From the IMG/VR virus record IMGVR_UViG_3300030620_000005, positions 1-64,000 of that record: DNA of 64,000 nucleotides; one strand, written 5' to 3'. This document shows, piece by piece, positions 17,496-27,451 of this stretch. The position numbers were made by a program, and so were the translations under genes. Each line of letters starts with the position of its first letter. Within the stretch, counting starts at the first letter, position 1. This DNA is from a virus (lineage: Duplodnaviria > Caudoviricetes). Below the pieces are notes generated by a model. It ran no database searches, was not told where the DNA came from, and saw only the letters and a list, made by a program, of their open reading frames with translations.

Positions 17496-18383
17496 CTATT
17501 CAGCAAGTCGGGCGGCAAGCAGGTCTGCCACCCGCGAGGCGATGGCGTCCGCGAGCCCCGGGGCCACCGCAGCGCCGAGCGCGGCGAGCTGCGTGTCCGT
17601 CAGCTCGACTGGCTTCTGTGCCTCTACCGCGGCCTTGGTGGCGCGCACCAGGTTGTTGGTGTCGGTCTCGATCGAAGCGAGCATCCAGGTCGGGTTGGTG
17701 TCCCGCGTCGAGCTGGTCAGCGGCGCGGGCATCCGGTCGTTCCTGAGGACCGCGTCGTACACCGCGTCCTTGCCCGCCTTGGACTTGAGGGCGGTGAGTA
17801 CGGCGTTCTGGATCTGGTCGGGGGTCACGTCAGCTTCCTGGGGTGGGGTGGGTTTGCCGGTGGCGCGGGCGACGATGCCCGGGAACACGACCTCGTTGAA
17901 CTGGCGTACACGCGCGTCCCCAGGGCATGCGGTGCCTGAGGTCGACCACTGCGGGAACAGGCGGTGGTAGCCGTATCCGGGGTCGGCCCAGCTTCGGCAG
18001 ACCCGCAACGTCACACCGTGCCGTTCGTGCATCCACACGCCGAGCCGGATGAGTTCCTCGACCTGCTGGGAGGTCCACGGATCGGACGCCTTCGTGTTCG
18101 ACGCCGTCTCGACAGACACGGCGCCGGTGCCGTCCGGCCGGCGGTTCGCGGCCGCGTTGGCGTCGGCGCGTGTCTCGGTGCCGATGTACTGCGCGATGTC
18201 CCCGTCATAACCAATGCCGAAATGCGACTCAAGCGCCGAGCTGTCCCGCCAGAACTCATAGGTACGCCGTGGCGTCCACGGGGCGACGATGCTGTGGAAG
18301 ATGAGCTGCGTCGGCCGGATCGCAGGCTGCTGATCGCTCTCCGGCTGGAGTTCCATCTTGGTGGCGCCCGGGTACCAGGCCAT
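17496..18383 (-). CDS. Endolysin, N-acetylmuramoyl-L-alanine amidase
   Basis: IFHSIV, SHFGI, SVET, GYHR, CPG zinc-amidase motifs. Confidence 0.9.
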   Translation of the reverse strand: MAWYPGATKMELQPESDQQPAIRPTQLIFHSIVAPWTPRRTYEFWRDSSALESHFGIGYDGDIAQYIGTETRADANAAANRRPDGTGAVSVETASNTKASDPWTSQQVEELIRLGVWMHERHGVTLRVCRSWADPGYGYHRLFPQWSTSGTACPGDARVRQFNEVVFPGIVARATGKPTPPQEADVTPDQIQNAVLTALKSKAGKDAVYDAVLRNDRMPAPLTSSTRDTNPTWMLASIETDTNNLVRATKAAVEAQKPVELTDTQLAALGAAVAPGLADAIASRVADLLAARLAE

Positions 18384-18384
18384 C

Positions 18385-18879
18385 TCAAGCCCCCGTGTGG
18401 ACGGCGAGTTTGAACTCGGCGAACACCATGCGGCGCGGCACGCTGTCGTTGTGGGAAACCCGCAGTGCTAGCGGCACCCCGGGGTGGACGAAGATCTCGT
18501 GGGCTTTGTGCCAGCACTGCATCCCCGGCGACGGAGGCCGGTGCTCCGTCGCGGTCGTGTTCACCGGGTCGTTCGTGAGGCCGAGCGGGTCACGCACGAA
18601 CTGATCCCGCAACTCCGTATAGCCGCCCGACTCCCACTGGATTACCGCCGTCAGCGAACCCCAGCCGTCGGCGGTGGGCCAGATCAGCCCGGACCGGTCA
18701 TCGGTTGGCCAGCCGGCCACGGTGTAGCCGTCGGGCTGCTCGGCCGGGTGCATGTTGTGGGCGTCGTAGGACTCTGCGGAGCCGTAGGGGAACCGCACCA
18801 CGTGGTAGCCGTTTGTGGGGATTTCCTGCGGCTGATTGGTGATCAGCGAGCACACGAGGACGGGCACGGGCGTCTCCAA
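18385..18879 (-). CDS. Minor tail or structural protein
   Basis: Beta-rich ORF at the end of the tail module. Confidence 0.55.
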   Translation of the reverse strand: METPVPVLVCSLITNQPQEIPTNGYHVVRFPYGSAESYDAHNMHPAEQPDGYTVAGWPTDDRSGLIWPTADGWGSLTAVIQWESGGYTELRDQFVRDPLGLTNDPVNTTATEHRPPSPGMQCWHKAHEIFVHPGVPLALRVSHNDSVPRRMVFAEFKLAVHTGA

Positions 18880-18880
18880 T

Positions 18881-19426
18881 TCAGTAGGGCAGCACGATCA
18901 GGCGGCGGCGGCGGAAAGTCCCCGTCCCGGAGGACACCCGGTACTTCATCGTGAACGTGTTCACCCCAGGCAAAAGGTCGATGTAGAACACTGCGTGAGA
19001 CGCCTGCAAGAGTGCGCCCGCGTCGACACCACTCAGGGTCAAAGCCCGGATGTCTTCGGCGGCGATACTGCTCGCGCCGGTCACCTCCACGCTGGTCCGC
19101 GTGGACCCCGTGCCGTCGTTGCTCTGCTCGCAGCCGAAAATCACCAGGGCGAGAGTGCCGGTCGTCACGGTAACGGTCGGGCCTGCGGTCGGCAGGTCAT
19201 CGAACGTCGTGGACGCGGTGGTTTCCTGAGCGGCGAACGTCTGCGCGGACCCGACGCGCTCGGCGATTTGGTTGAGTGCTGTGGAGACGAAATAGCCGCC
19301 GTTAGTTGTGGCTTTCGCTGGGGCGGTCTCGTTCAAGTTGTCGCGGACGAATGTGTTGAATTGCGCAGCGGTGTATACCGATCCGGCGACCGCTGTCATT
19401 GGCGCTGTCCAAGCGATTTTGATCAC
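18881..19426 (-). CDS. Minor tail protein, paralog B
   Basis: AWTAPMTAV...TAAQFNTFVRDNLNET shared with the neighbouring gene. Confidence 0.7.
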   Translation of the reverse strand: MIKIAWTAPMTAVAGSVYTAAQFNTFVRDNLNETAPAKATTNGGYFVSTALNQIAERVGSAQTFAAQETTASTTFDDLPTAGPTVTVTTGTLALVIFGCEQSNDGTGSTRTSVEVTGASSIAAEDIRALTLSGVDAGALLQASHAVFYIDLLPGVNTFTMKYRVSSGTGTFRRRRLIVLPY

Positions 19427-19430
19427 CCCC

Positions 19431-19973
19431 TCAGAAAGGCATCACGATGATGCGGCGGTCACCGAATGTCCCGGTCCCCGAGCTGACCAGGTACTTCATC
19501 GTGAACGTGTTGCTCCCGGGCGTGAGGACGAGGCCGCCCGCGTACAGCACGGAGGTGCCTGCGCCGATGCGAGTGTTCGCGGAGTTGAAAATGTTGATGG
19601 ACCGGTTGAGGGCCGGGGCGATGCTGGTCGCGCCGGTGACTTCCACGCCTGCGTATGCGGATCCGGCGCCGCTGTTTTCTACCTGCGCGTGGGTGAGGAC
19701 GAGCGCGTATGGTCCGGTGTCCACGGTGACCGTCGGGCCGACGGTGGCCAGGTCGGCGAATGTGGTGGACATGGTGGTCTGGGGGGTGAGGACGGTGTCA
19801 CCGTCCAGTGCGCGTTCGGCGATGGAGTTCACGCCGTCCGCTACGAAGTGCGATCCGGCGGCGGTGGCCAGTGCGGGCGTGGTTTCGTTCAAGTTGTCGC
19901 GGACGAACTGATTGAACTGCGCGGCGGTGAATATGGTATTTGCGACCGCTGTCATTGGCGCCGACCAAGCCAT
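19431..19973 (-). CDS. Minor tail protein, paralog A
   Basis: AWSAPMTAV...TAAQFNQFVRDNLNET. Confidence 0.7.
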   Translation of the reverse strand: MAWSAPMTAVANTIFTAAQFNQFVRDNLNETTPALATAAGSHFVADGVNSIAERALDGDTVLTPQTTMSTTFADLATVGPTVTVDTGPYALVLTHAQVENSGAGSAYAGVEVTGATSIAPALNRSINIFNSANTRIGAGTSVLYAGGLVLTPGSNTFTMKYLVSSGTGTFGDRRIIVMPF

Positions 19974-20350
19974 CAGGCCACCGCCCCGGTCGGGACGCCG
20001 TGCTCGGCGTTCTCTTCGCGCAGCTCATCGACGCTCTGCCCGTGCGGGATGTTGCACTTGACCGCCTCGTCGTGCCCGGCCGGATACCAGATACGCGTTT
20101 GCGGAACCGGGCGCAGCATCAGAACGGCGGTGATGTCGGCCAGGTTGGGGGGCCACTCGACCGGCGCGGTGAGCTGGCAGTTGGTGCAGTGGAACTCGCT
20201 CTTCTGCACCACCCGGGGTGAGCGGGGGTTGCGGGGGTTGGACAGCGAGTAGAGGTGCTCGGCGCCCCCGCAGTCGGGGCGTGGGCAGTCCGCTATCCAG
20301 TCCCCGCAGTAGACGCGGGCGCGTGCCGTGTGCGCGATGAGCTGGACCAT
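19973..20350 (-). CDS. Zinc-binding late protein
   Basis: CPRPDC and CTNC; leaderless start behind the late promoter motif. Confidence 0.7.
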   Translation of the reverse strand: MVQLIAHTARARVYCGDWIADCPRPDCGGAEHLYSLSNPRNPRSPRVVQKSEFHCTNCQLTAPVEWPPNLADITAVLMLRPVPQTRIWYPAGHDEAVKCNIPHGQSVDELREENAEHGVPTGAVA

Positions 20351-20357
20351 GCGGGTG

Positions 20358-20390
20358 ACGGTAGAACCCGCACACCGAAGATCATTCCGG
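20358..20390 (-). promoter_or_regulatory. Late promoter motif (leaderless)
   Basis: CCGGAATGATC-N16-TACCGT-N7-ATG. Confidence 0.75.
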
Positions 20391-20392
20391 GG

Positions 20393-21280
20393 TCAGGTGC
20401 CGAACAGTCCCGTACCGAACTGGCCCTGCGTCGGATGGTCGAAGATGAACACCGTGTCCGGACTGTCGGCCGCAGTCGGATCGAACACCCCGTCGTCGAA
20501 ACCCGCGCCCGCCTTGTCGAACGTGAACGGATTGTCCGACGCATCCGCAAGCGCCCGCTCACACCCGAACGTCGCGTAGTGCACCGGCTCCTCGCACACC
20601 TCCCCGTCGACGGTCATACGGGTCAATGCCTGCTGGATCTGCTCAATGTAGAAGTCCGCATTCAACCCCAGCTCCCCGTTGCGGATGGTGATCCGGTCCG
20701 ACAGTGCGCGGGTGAGGATTTGCAGCCAGTGCGGAATGTCGCAGGACACGATCCGCAACTGCACCGTCGGGCTGCGCTCCGCATAGTGGGCGAGCAGCAG
20801 TTGAACGATCGCCGCCGAGTCGTTGGCGTTCGGCCACGGCGGATCCTGCTGGTAAGAGCGGCGGCTGTGCCGGCTGATACTCACCGAGTCGTCTGCTGCC
20901 ACCTGCACGGTGCGGGCGACCGGCACGGCACGGGCCCGCACTTGAAGGTGGGTGATGGTGAGCGCGCCGCCCGCCGCGGTGATGGTGATGGCCAGCGACT
21001 GCCCGGAGCGGCGCGACAGCAGTACGACAGGCACACCGGCGCCGGAGTAGACGATGTCGACGCCGTCCGTGAGGTCCTGTGCGTCACGGAAGGGGTCGCT
21101 GGCCTGGACGCGTACCTGTACGGACTGCCCGAGTGCGAGGGAGATGACGGTGCCGGATTCCCAGACGACGGACAGTGAGGCTTCGGGTACGCGTTCTTCG
21201 ACGGCGAATGTGACGCTGTTGACGATGTCGCGCCAGCCGTTGGTGTAGCCGAAGGGTTCGATGAAGTCGAACTCGGCCAT
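20393..21280 (-). CDS. Minor tail protein (probable C-terminal half of a tail-tip protein)
   Basis: GWRDIVNSV...SDRITIRNGELGLNADFYIEQIQ pattern; position in tail module. Confidence 0.7.
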   Translation of the reverse strand: MAEFDFIEPFGYTNGWRDIVNSVTFAVEERVPEASLSVVWESGTVISLALGQSVQVRVQASDPFRDAQDLTDGVDIVYSGAGVPVVLLSRRSGQSLAITITAAGGALTITHLQVRARAVPVARTVQVAADDSVSISRHSRRSYQQDPPWPNANDSAAIVQLLLAHYAERSPTVQLRIVSCDIPHWLQILTRALSDRITIRNGELGLNADFYIEQIQQALTRMTVDGEVCEEPVHYATFGCERALADASDNPFTFDKAGAGFDDGVFDPTAADSPDTVFIFDHPTQGQFGTGLFGT

Positions 21281-21282
21281 GG

Positions 21283-21465
21283 CTACTCCTTGGCGGTGAG
21301 GGTGGCGCGTCCGGGTTCGACGATGAGGCGGAAGCCGTGCCGGTCGAGGACTTCTTCGATCTCTGCGCGGCAGGCGTCCATGCGGGTTTTGGTGTCTTCC
21401 TCGACGAGGCGGTATGCCTCGGCTACGGGGTCGTGTTCAGCACTGGTGCCCGTTGTGTCTGCCAT
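21283..21465 (-). CDS. Small protein, possible fibre chaperone
   Basis: 60-aa helical ORF directly after the fibre gene. Confidence 0.5.
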   Translation of the reverse strand: MADTTGTSAEHDPVAEAYRLVEEDTKTRMDACRAEIEEVLDRHGFRLIVEPGRATLTAKE

Positions 21466-21482
21466 GACGTTGTCTCGTTTCC

Positions 21483-22550
21483 TCAAGGCCCTGCCGCCAC
21501 CCACGGCCCGGCGAATCCGGTCGCGACGTTGCTGCCGGGGGTGATGGATGCGGGGAGCGCGGTCTGGCCCACGCCGTTGGTTGCGTACCGGTAGGTGCCG
21601 GAGGTGAGTCCCATGTTGACGGCTGTGGCGATCCCTGCGCTGCCGGTGGCGCGGGCGACGGTCGGTGCGGTCCCGGCGTTGAAGACCATGGCCACCCAGT
21701 AGAAAGAGCCCGCGGTCAGGCTCTGGCTGGCGATGGTGGTGGTCTTCAGGCCGGTGCTGCTGATGTCCGCGTCAACGTTCGTGGCCGCCAGCAGTGTTCC
21801 GGCCGAGTTGTACAGTCCGACCTCGTTCTGTCCGGCCGTGGGGGTCACACCCACGGCGGTCACCCACCAGTACAGGCTGACCGCGGCGACCGCTTCCGAG
21901 ATGTGGACCTTCGTCAGGTAGACGGTTCCGTTGGTGAGGAGGCTGGAGTTGAACGACAGGGTCGGGTCGAATGCCCACGCTGCTACGCCGTGGTTGACGG
22001 GCTGGAACGCCCCTAGCGCACCGACCGAGGAGTGCAGGGTGCCCGCCGCGGGGACTGTGACCAGGTTCGCGCCGCCGTTGCGGAGCGTCAGCAGACGGCC
22101 CGTCGTGCCGCCGTCCGTGGCCGTGACGAAGATGCCCTGCGCCGCAGTGCCCGTCTCGCCGTCCCGGACCAGGTCGATGGAGATGGCTGCCGCGTTGGCG
22201 TCTCCTGTTGCGGAGCCTGAGTGGTTGCGGTGGCTGATTTTCACGGAGCCGCGCGCGTTCTCCGATGCGGTGATCTGTACGGCGGAGGTGAGCGGGTTGT
22301 CGCTGATCAGGTTCAGTGCGCTCGCGGTGTCGGTGCCGGAGGTGCCTGCCTGGTAGATCGTGACCGCGTGCTCGGTGGTGGATGTCGTCTTGAAGAACGC
22401 GGACCGCACTGCGAGATCGGTCGTGATGCCGCCCGTCAGCGCGCCGCCCGTCTTGCTGTACTTGCCGTCGATCTGCGTCTGCAAGTCGTTGAGGGCATCG
22501 TTGAGGGGCTGCCCCCAAGCCGTCTGCCCGATCGTCGGTGTCGTGACCAT
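21483..22550 (-). CDS. Tail fibre with HylP-type (phage hyaluronidase) beta-helix
   Basis: SALNL...SAVQI...KISH...DANAAAISIDLV...GTAAQGIFV...GTTGRLLTLRN recalls the streptococcal phage HylP core. Confidence 0.8.
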   Translation of the reverse strand: MVTTPTIGQTAWGQPLNDALNDLQTQIDGKYSKTGGALTGGITTDLAVRSAFFKTTSTTEHAVTIYQAGTSGTDTASALNLISDNPLTSAVQITASENARGSVKISHRNHSGSATGDANAAAISIDLVRDGETGTAAQGIFVTATDGGTTGRLLTLRNGGANLVTVPAAGTLHSSVGALGAFQPVNHGVAAWAFDPTLSFNSSLLTNGTVYLTKVHISEAVAAVSLYWWVTAVGVTPTAGQNEVGLYNSAGTLLAATNVDADISSTGLKTTTIASQSLTAGSFYWVAMVFNAGTAPTVARATGSAGIATAVNMGLTSGTYRYATNGVGQTALPASITPGSNVATGFAGPWVAAGP

Positions 22551-22559
22551 GTGCGTCTC

Positions 22560-23921
22560 TTACCCTCCGTAGATGCCGAAGCCGTAGCAGCCGTCCCCAT
22601 ACTCGGTGACGGGGTCGCTGCACGGGTCGCACTCCCCGATCTGCCGGGAGGCGAACGTGGCCTGCGACACGATCGACGCGGTGCGCAGCAGCCGGTGATG
22701 GCGGTCCCGGTAGACGAACGTCCCACCCGGCGCCACATACGCGATGCTCGGCGGGCCCTCCGATTGCAGCAGATCCGTCAGCGCGTCGAACGCGTCTTCG
22801 TCTTCTGCCCACCACCAGGGCACGAACGTCGCCCCCAGGTCCAGATCCCTAGGGGCGGTCCAGCCGATCTCGTCGAGGATGACCCCGATCAGGGTGCCGG
22901 TGCGCTGCGCCTGGTACAGCTCGGTGGACAGGGATGTGCCGCGCAGCAGCGACAGATCATCCAAGGCGGTGATCTCAGCGGACCGGTTACTGCGGTCAGG
23001 GTGGACCACCAGATCGTCGATGCGCCCCCGGATCAGGGGATACAAGGTGTTGCTGTAGACGACCTCAGCTTTGACCGGTGCTGCGGGGCCCACGTCATCG
23101 ACGATGGGAGACTCAGGGTTATCCGGCGAGTAGACACGGTCAGCGTTGCACAGCGTCATCCCCAGCGAGCCCACTCTGGGTGGGGACAGGGCGCGTTCCT
23201 GGTCGCGGCCGTACTGGAAGGTGACCACGCCACGCTGAAGAACATCGTCGGTGACGTTCTCATTGGTGTCGTCGAAGTCGCCGTCGCCGTTCCAGTCAAT
23301 CGCCACGGTGTACCCGTCGGCGAGCGCAGGTGCGACGTTGAAGTCGTCGAACTCCGCGAACTCGCCCGTTGGTGCGCCGGTTACGGTCGGCGAGCAGTGC
23401 GCGAGGAGCTGCAGTTCCAGATCGGCGTCCGTGACCCATGCAGGAGAGGCATCGGTGTGCTGTGTCGTCCACTCGCGGCCGTCGGGCGACGTCTCCCAGT
23501 ACAGGGTGCTGGACTCCTCGCGGACCCGCAGCCACGCGTGGTCGACCGGGTCGTAGGGGATGGTGCGGCCGCCCTCGTCGACGAATCCGACGTGGACGGT
23601 CATCAGCAGCAGGTTCGTGACCGGGTTGATCTCGAAGACGATCTGCGTGCCCACGACGTTCGACAGGACGAGGAGTTGGCAGAATGCTTCCGCCATTCCG
23701 GTCGCCGGTGGGGGGAATGCGCGTACGAAAGCGTACGAGTCTTGCAGGGTGTAGATGTTGTCGGAGGCGTAGGCCGCGAAGCCGGCATCGCAGGGGACGC
23801 GCGCGCGTCCGCCCGTCTCGACGGGTAGGCCGCCGGTCCCGGTGTTGTAGTTGTTGGGCCACTTGGTGGGGTCGACGGTGTTGTCGTTGAAGTCGTCGAA
23901 GAGTTCTTGTGTCAGCGGCAT
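22560..23921 (-). CDS. Minor tail protein with N-terminal beta-sandwich domain
   Basis: Follows the tape measure gene; IDWNGDGDF, YGRDQ, RDRHHRL. Confidence 0.75.
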   Translation of the reverse strand: MPLTQELFDDFNDNTVDPTKWPNNYNTGTGGLPVETGGRARVPCDAGFAAYASDNIYTLQDSYAFVRAFPPPATGMAEAFCQLLVLSNVVGTQIVFEINPVTNLLLMTVHVGFVDEGGRTIPYDPVDHAWLRVREESSTLYWETSPDGREWTTQHTDASPAWVTDADLELQLLAHCSPTVTGAPTGEFAEFDDFNVAPALADGYTVAIDWNGDGDFDDTNENVTDDVLQRGVVTFQYGRDQERALSPPRVGSLGMTLCNADRVYSPDNPESPIVDDVGPAAPVKAEVVYSNTLYPLIRGRIDDLVVHPDRSNRSAEITALDDLSLLRGTSLSTELYQAQRTGTLIGVILDEIGWTAPRDLDLGATFVPWWWAEDEDAFDALTDLLQSEGPPSIAYVAPGGTFVYRDRHHRLLRTASIVSQATFASRQIGECDPCSDPVTEYGDGCYGFGIYGG

Positions 23922-23927
23922 CGGCGG

Positions 23928-26759
23928 TCACCGGGCCCGTGCGGTGGGAAGCCGGCCGGTGCGCTGAAGGTTTTCCATGGCCCGGGTAAGGAAACCTTCC
24001 ACCTCGAACTGCGAGCCCAGGACACCGCGGTTGGTGAGGTTGAGGCTGATGTTCACCACTGTCGGTGGAGGGGTGGCTTGCGGTGTACGCAAGGCCGACA
24101 GATTCGCGGCAACCGCAGTCGGCGACGACGGCGCCGCCTCGCCTGGCATCACCATTGAAGGGGTCAGTGCCATCTGAGTGCGCTCGGCGAGATCGAGTGC
24201 AGCACGCCGAACCATCGCCTCGCGTTGGCCGATGCCCTCCGCTAGCGCCTCGCTGATGGATCGGCCGGAGAAGAGAGTCCAGCCCTTCCCGGAGAACGGG
24301 CCCTCCTTCGCCGGGGAGAAAGGCAGCACGTCACGGGCGCTCGACAGCACGCCGCCGACCGCGTCCTTGACGCTCCCTGCGAGTGATTTGATGCCGTTGA
24401 TGAGGCCCTGGATGATTGAGCGTCCAGAGCTGTACAGCAACCTGCCGAGACTGCCCAGGGCGCCTCTGATGCGGCCGGGGATACCGCGTGCGAAGCCGAT
24501 CGCGCGGGAGGCGCCGCTGGAAATGGCGGAGCGGAACCGGCCGAACGCGGCAGTGGCCAGCGAGCTGATCAGGCTACCGAGCCTGCTGAGCGCGGATCGG
24601 ATGCGGCCGGGGACGCTGCGGACAAAACCGATGGTGGCGATGGCGCCCTTTACGACGGCAGAGCGGAACCGGCTGAACGCGTCTGTCGCGATCCGGATCA
24701 GCCCGGCGGCCAGCGATGCGAGCGCGGCGAACACCTCGCCGGGCAGTCGGGCGACCCAACTGATGATTGCGTTGATGAGGTCGGGGATGATGCTGTTTCC
24801 GACCAGGACGTCGAACAAGTTTTGGAAGAACCCGATGATCCCGTCGATCAGCAAACCGATGGTGGACAGGATGTTGGTGACCGTCTCACTGATCGCGGTC
24901 CCTACCCCGCTGATGAGTTCTTTGAATGCTGCCCACGCTGCGGAGGCGTCTCCGTTGAGCAGTTCAGTGATGACGGTTAGTGCGGGGACTACGACGTTGG
25001 TGATGACGTTCGCCAGTTGGTCGGCGAGGATCGTAGCGAGTTGCCCGACCAGCTCGATCAGCGGAGTGATGACCGGCAGGAGTGCCGTCAAACCTTCTGC
25101 AATGAGGATCCCGAGTATCTCCAGTAGCGGAGCCACCGCGACGAGGAGCTCCCCGAACGACTGGCCCAGCGATGCCAGCGCCGGGGCCAGCGCGGTCAAA
25201 AGCTGCGCCACGAGGGGCAGGATGATCGCCGTGATCTCGCTGAATGTGTCGATCAGTGGTGTGAGGATCGTGGGGAGCTCCGCGATGATCGGCGCCAGCA
25301 CTGCGGTGAGGATTTCCCCGAGCTGCTGCAGGATCGGCGCGGCCCCCGCGAACGCCTCCGCGATTGCCTGAATGACCGGGACCAGTGGCGGCAGCAGCGA
25401 CGCGATCAACTCGCCTACCACAGGCAGCAGCGGCGAGATCGCATCGACGAGAACACCGACGGCTTCCGCGGCCACGGCGAGGACCGGCCCGAGCGCTTCG
25501 ATGATCGGCGACAGTGCAGCGCCGAGGTTCTCGATCAGCCGCTCGACAGGGGGCCCGAGTGTGGTGAAGACGGGTCCGATTGCGGCGAGCGCCTGCCCCA
25601 GCAGCGGGCCGACCGTGCTGGCCAGAGTGCTCATCACCGAGGCCAGTGCGCTGATCGCGTCCTGGAATGCTTGGGTGCCGGTGGCTTCCCGCAGCACGCC
25701 GGTGATCTCCAGCAGGGTTCCGACCAGACCAGCGCCTTGTTCTTGGACCGGGGCCATGATGTTGCCGAGGATCGCGAACACATTGCCCGCGACCTCTGCA
25801 AGGTCACGCAGCACGCCCACTGCCGTGTTGACCGCTTCTTCCAACGCACCCGACTCGAACGCCCGACCGAGCCGCTCGCCGATACTCGTGGCCGCTCTGC
25901 CAGCTCCCGCAGTGAGGCGGTCGAACGCCGGCGCGCCCGCAGCAGCGAGTTGCCCGAGTGCGGTGACGACCTGGGCAGGTACTCCTTCAAGGTTTCGCAG
26001 CCCTAGGTTGGCGCCTTCCATAGCGCGGCCGAGTGTGCCGTTGTCGGCCAGCGCGGCGGCGGCCAGTCCGGCGGAGGCGGCCATGTTGCCGAGGCTGTTC
26101 GCGGTTGTTGTCAGGTGGTTCTGCAGCTCGGGCAGCGTGGCGGTGGCCACCGTTTTCAGGACGCTGTCCAGTTCGGTGAACAGTTCTTCCTGGATGGTCT
26201 GCTGGAATTCGCGGAACGCGGGCGCAAGCTCTCGGACCTGCTCGGCGAACGCGCGTGCCGACGGCGACAGTTTTTCTAGCGCCTCCGCGAAAGCTTCCGC
26301 GCCTTCCTCGCTGGTGTCGAACGCGGCAGTGACCGCGTCCCCGACACCGGCCATGCCGAGCTTGATCGCCGCACTCGCCTGGACGACCGCGAACATTCCT
26401 GTCACCGCGACCGCCCCGGCTGGCGCGATGCTCTCCAGGGTGGTGACGATCCCCGCCAGCAGAGGCGCCGCCGAGCCCGCTGCGGCGCCGGCCTTGCCGA
26501 GGACCCCGGCCACGCTGGCGAGAGCACCGCCGACGCTGCCTGCCACGCGGGTGAGACTGCGTAGTGATCCGCCGAACTGGTCGCCGCCGTCTGCCGCGTT
26601 GATGAGTGCCCGGTTGATGACGGTGCCGTCAGCGATGAAGCGGCCACGGATGTCACGGACTCGGCCTTGGGCATCGCGTGAGAAGCGGGCGAGGGCGAGG
26701 GTTGCCGCGTCGGTATTGGCGTCGACGCGGATTTCGGCGTCGCCGATGGGGGTACTCAT
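23928..26759 (-). CDS. Tape measure protein
   Basis: 943 aa, Ala/Leu/Gly-rich helical repeats, C-terminal LPFSPAKEGPFSGKGW. Confidence 0.92.
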   Translation of the reverse strand: MSTPIGDAEIRVDANTDAATLALARFSRDAQGRVRDIRGRFIADGTVINRALINAADGGDQFGGSLRSLTRVAGSVGGALASVAGVLGKAGAAAGSAAPLLAGIVTTLESIAPAGAVAVTGMFAVVQASAAIKLGMAGVGDAVTAAFDTSEEGAEAFAEALEKLSPSARAFAEQVRELAPAFREFQQTIQEELFTELDSVLKTVATATLPELQNHLTTTANSLGNMAASAGLAAAALADNGTLGRAMEGANLGLRNLEGVPAQVVTALGQLAAAGAPAFDRLTAGAGRAATSIGERLGRAFESGALEEAVNTAVGVLRDLAEVAGNVFAILGNIMAPVQEQGAGLVGTLLEITGVLREATGTQAFQDAISALASVMSTLASTVGPLLGQALAAIGPVFTTLGPPVERLIENLGAALSPIIEALGPVLAVAAEAVGVLVDAISPLLPVVGELIASLLPPLVPVIQAIAEAFAGAAPILQQLGEILTAVLAPIIAELPTILTPLIDTFSEITAIILPLVAQLLTALAPALASLGQSFGELLVAVAPLLEILGILIAEGLTALLPVITPLIELVGQLATILADQLANVITNVVVPALTVITELLNGDASAAWAAFKELISGVGTAISETVTNILSTIGLLIDGIIGFFQNLFDVLVGNSIIPDLINAIISWVARLPGEVFAALASLAAGLIRIATDAFSRFRSAVVKGAIATIGFVRSVPGRIRSALSRLGSLISSLATAAFGRFRSAISSGASRAIGFARGIPGRIRGALGSLGRLLYSSGRSIIQGLINGIKSLAGSVKDAVGGVLSSARDVLPFSPAKEGPFSGKGWTLFSGRSISEALAEGIGQREAMVRRAALDLAERTQMALTPSMVMPGEAAPSSPTAVAANLSALRTPQATPPPTVVNISLNLTNRGVLGSQFEVEGFLTRAMENLQRTGRLPTARAR

Positions 26760-27120
26760 GTGATCATCCCCTTCGCGCGGGCCATCTCCACGAATACGGC
26801 GGAGGACTGGTCTGCTTCAGCCTGGTTCCACCACCACGGCGTTGCGGCCTGTGCCGGGTCTGTCTCACGGGTTTCGCTGCCGGGTGCAGCCCACGCGGAC
26901 ACGCCGAGTTGCCCGTCGAACCGTCGGCGGGCGGCGTCGGGCTTTTCGTTGTCGCGGACGTTCAGGCGGGTGAGCATCTCGGCGTAGATGAAGTTCAGCC
27001 AGCGGTGGGCTGGAAAGTTGCTGGGATCGATGCCTGCTGTGGCGGCCCGTCCGTCGAGCTCGTGCCAGGTGCCGGGTTGGGCGCACCATTCGGCGAGGGC
27101 GAGGACGGCTGTGTAGGGCG
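26756..27120 (-). CDS. Tail assembly chaperone T segment (-1 frame extension)
   Basis: Open -1 frame without its own start, ending in ATGA overlap with the tape measure gene. Confidence 0.7.
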
Positions 27121-27444
27121 TCGGCCGTAGTGCCCCATGAGCCACTGGATGACGTCGGCGGTCTGTTCCAGTTCGATGGGGTTTGCCAGGTCGGAGAGGC
27201 GTTTGGTGAAGCGTGTGTGGGATTCGGGGAGGAGGACGAGGGAGAGTGCGTCTTTCATGACGGCGAGTTGCTGGTCGAGTGGTGCGCTGCCGACGTCTGC
27301 GTAGCGTTTGGCGAATTCGGTGAGCATGTCGCCGGGGATGGCGGGGGTGGCTTCGAAGGTGTCGTCGTCGATGCGGAAGGTGAGGCGTTCGCGGGGTCGG
27401 GTGAAGTCTTTGATGGGGGGTGTTGTGGGTGTGGGCTGGGTCAT
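26995..27444 (-). CDS. Tail assembly chaperone G
   Basis: Position before tape measure; leaderless ATG behind the late promoter motif. Confidence 0.8.
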   Translation of the reverse strand: MTQPTPTTPPIKDFTRPRERLTFRIDDDTFEATPAIPGDMLTEFAKRYADVGSAPLDQQLAVMKDALSLVLLPESHTRFTKRLSDLANPIELEQTADVIQWLMGHYGRRPTQPSSPSPNGAPNPAPGTSSTDGPPQQASIPATFQPTAG

Positions 27445-27451
27445 GGTGGTG

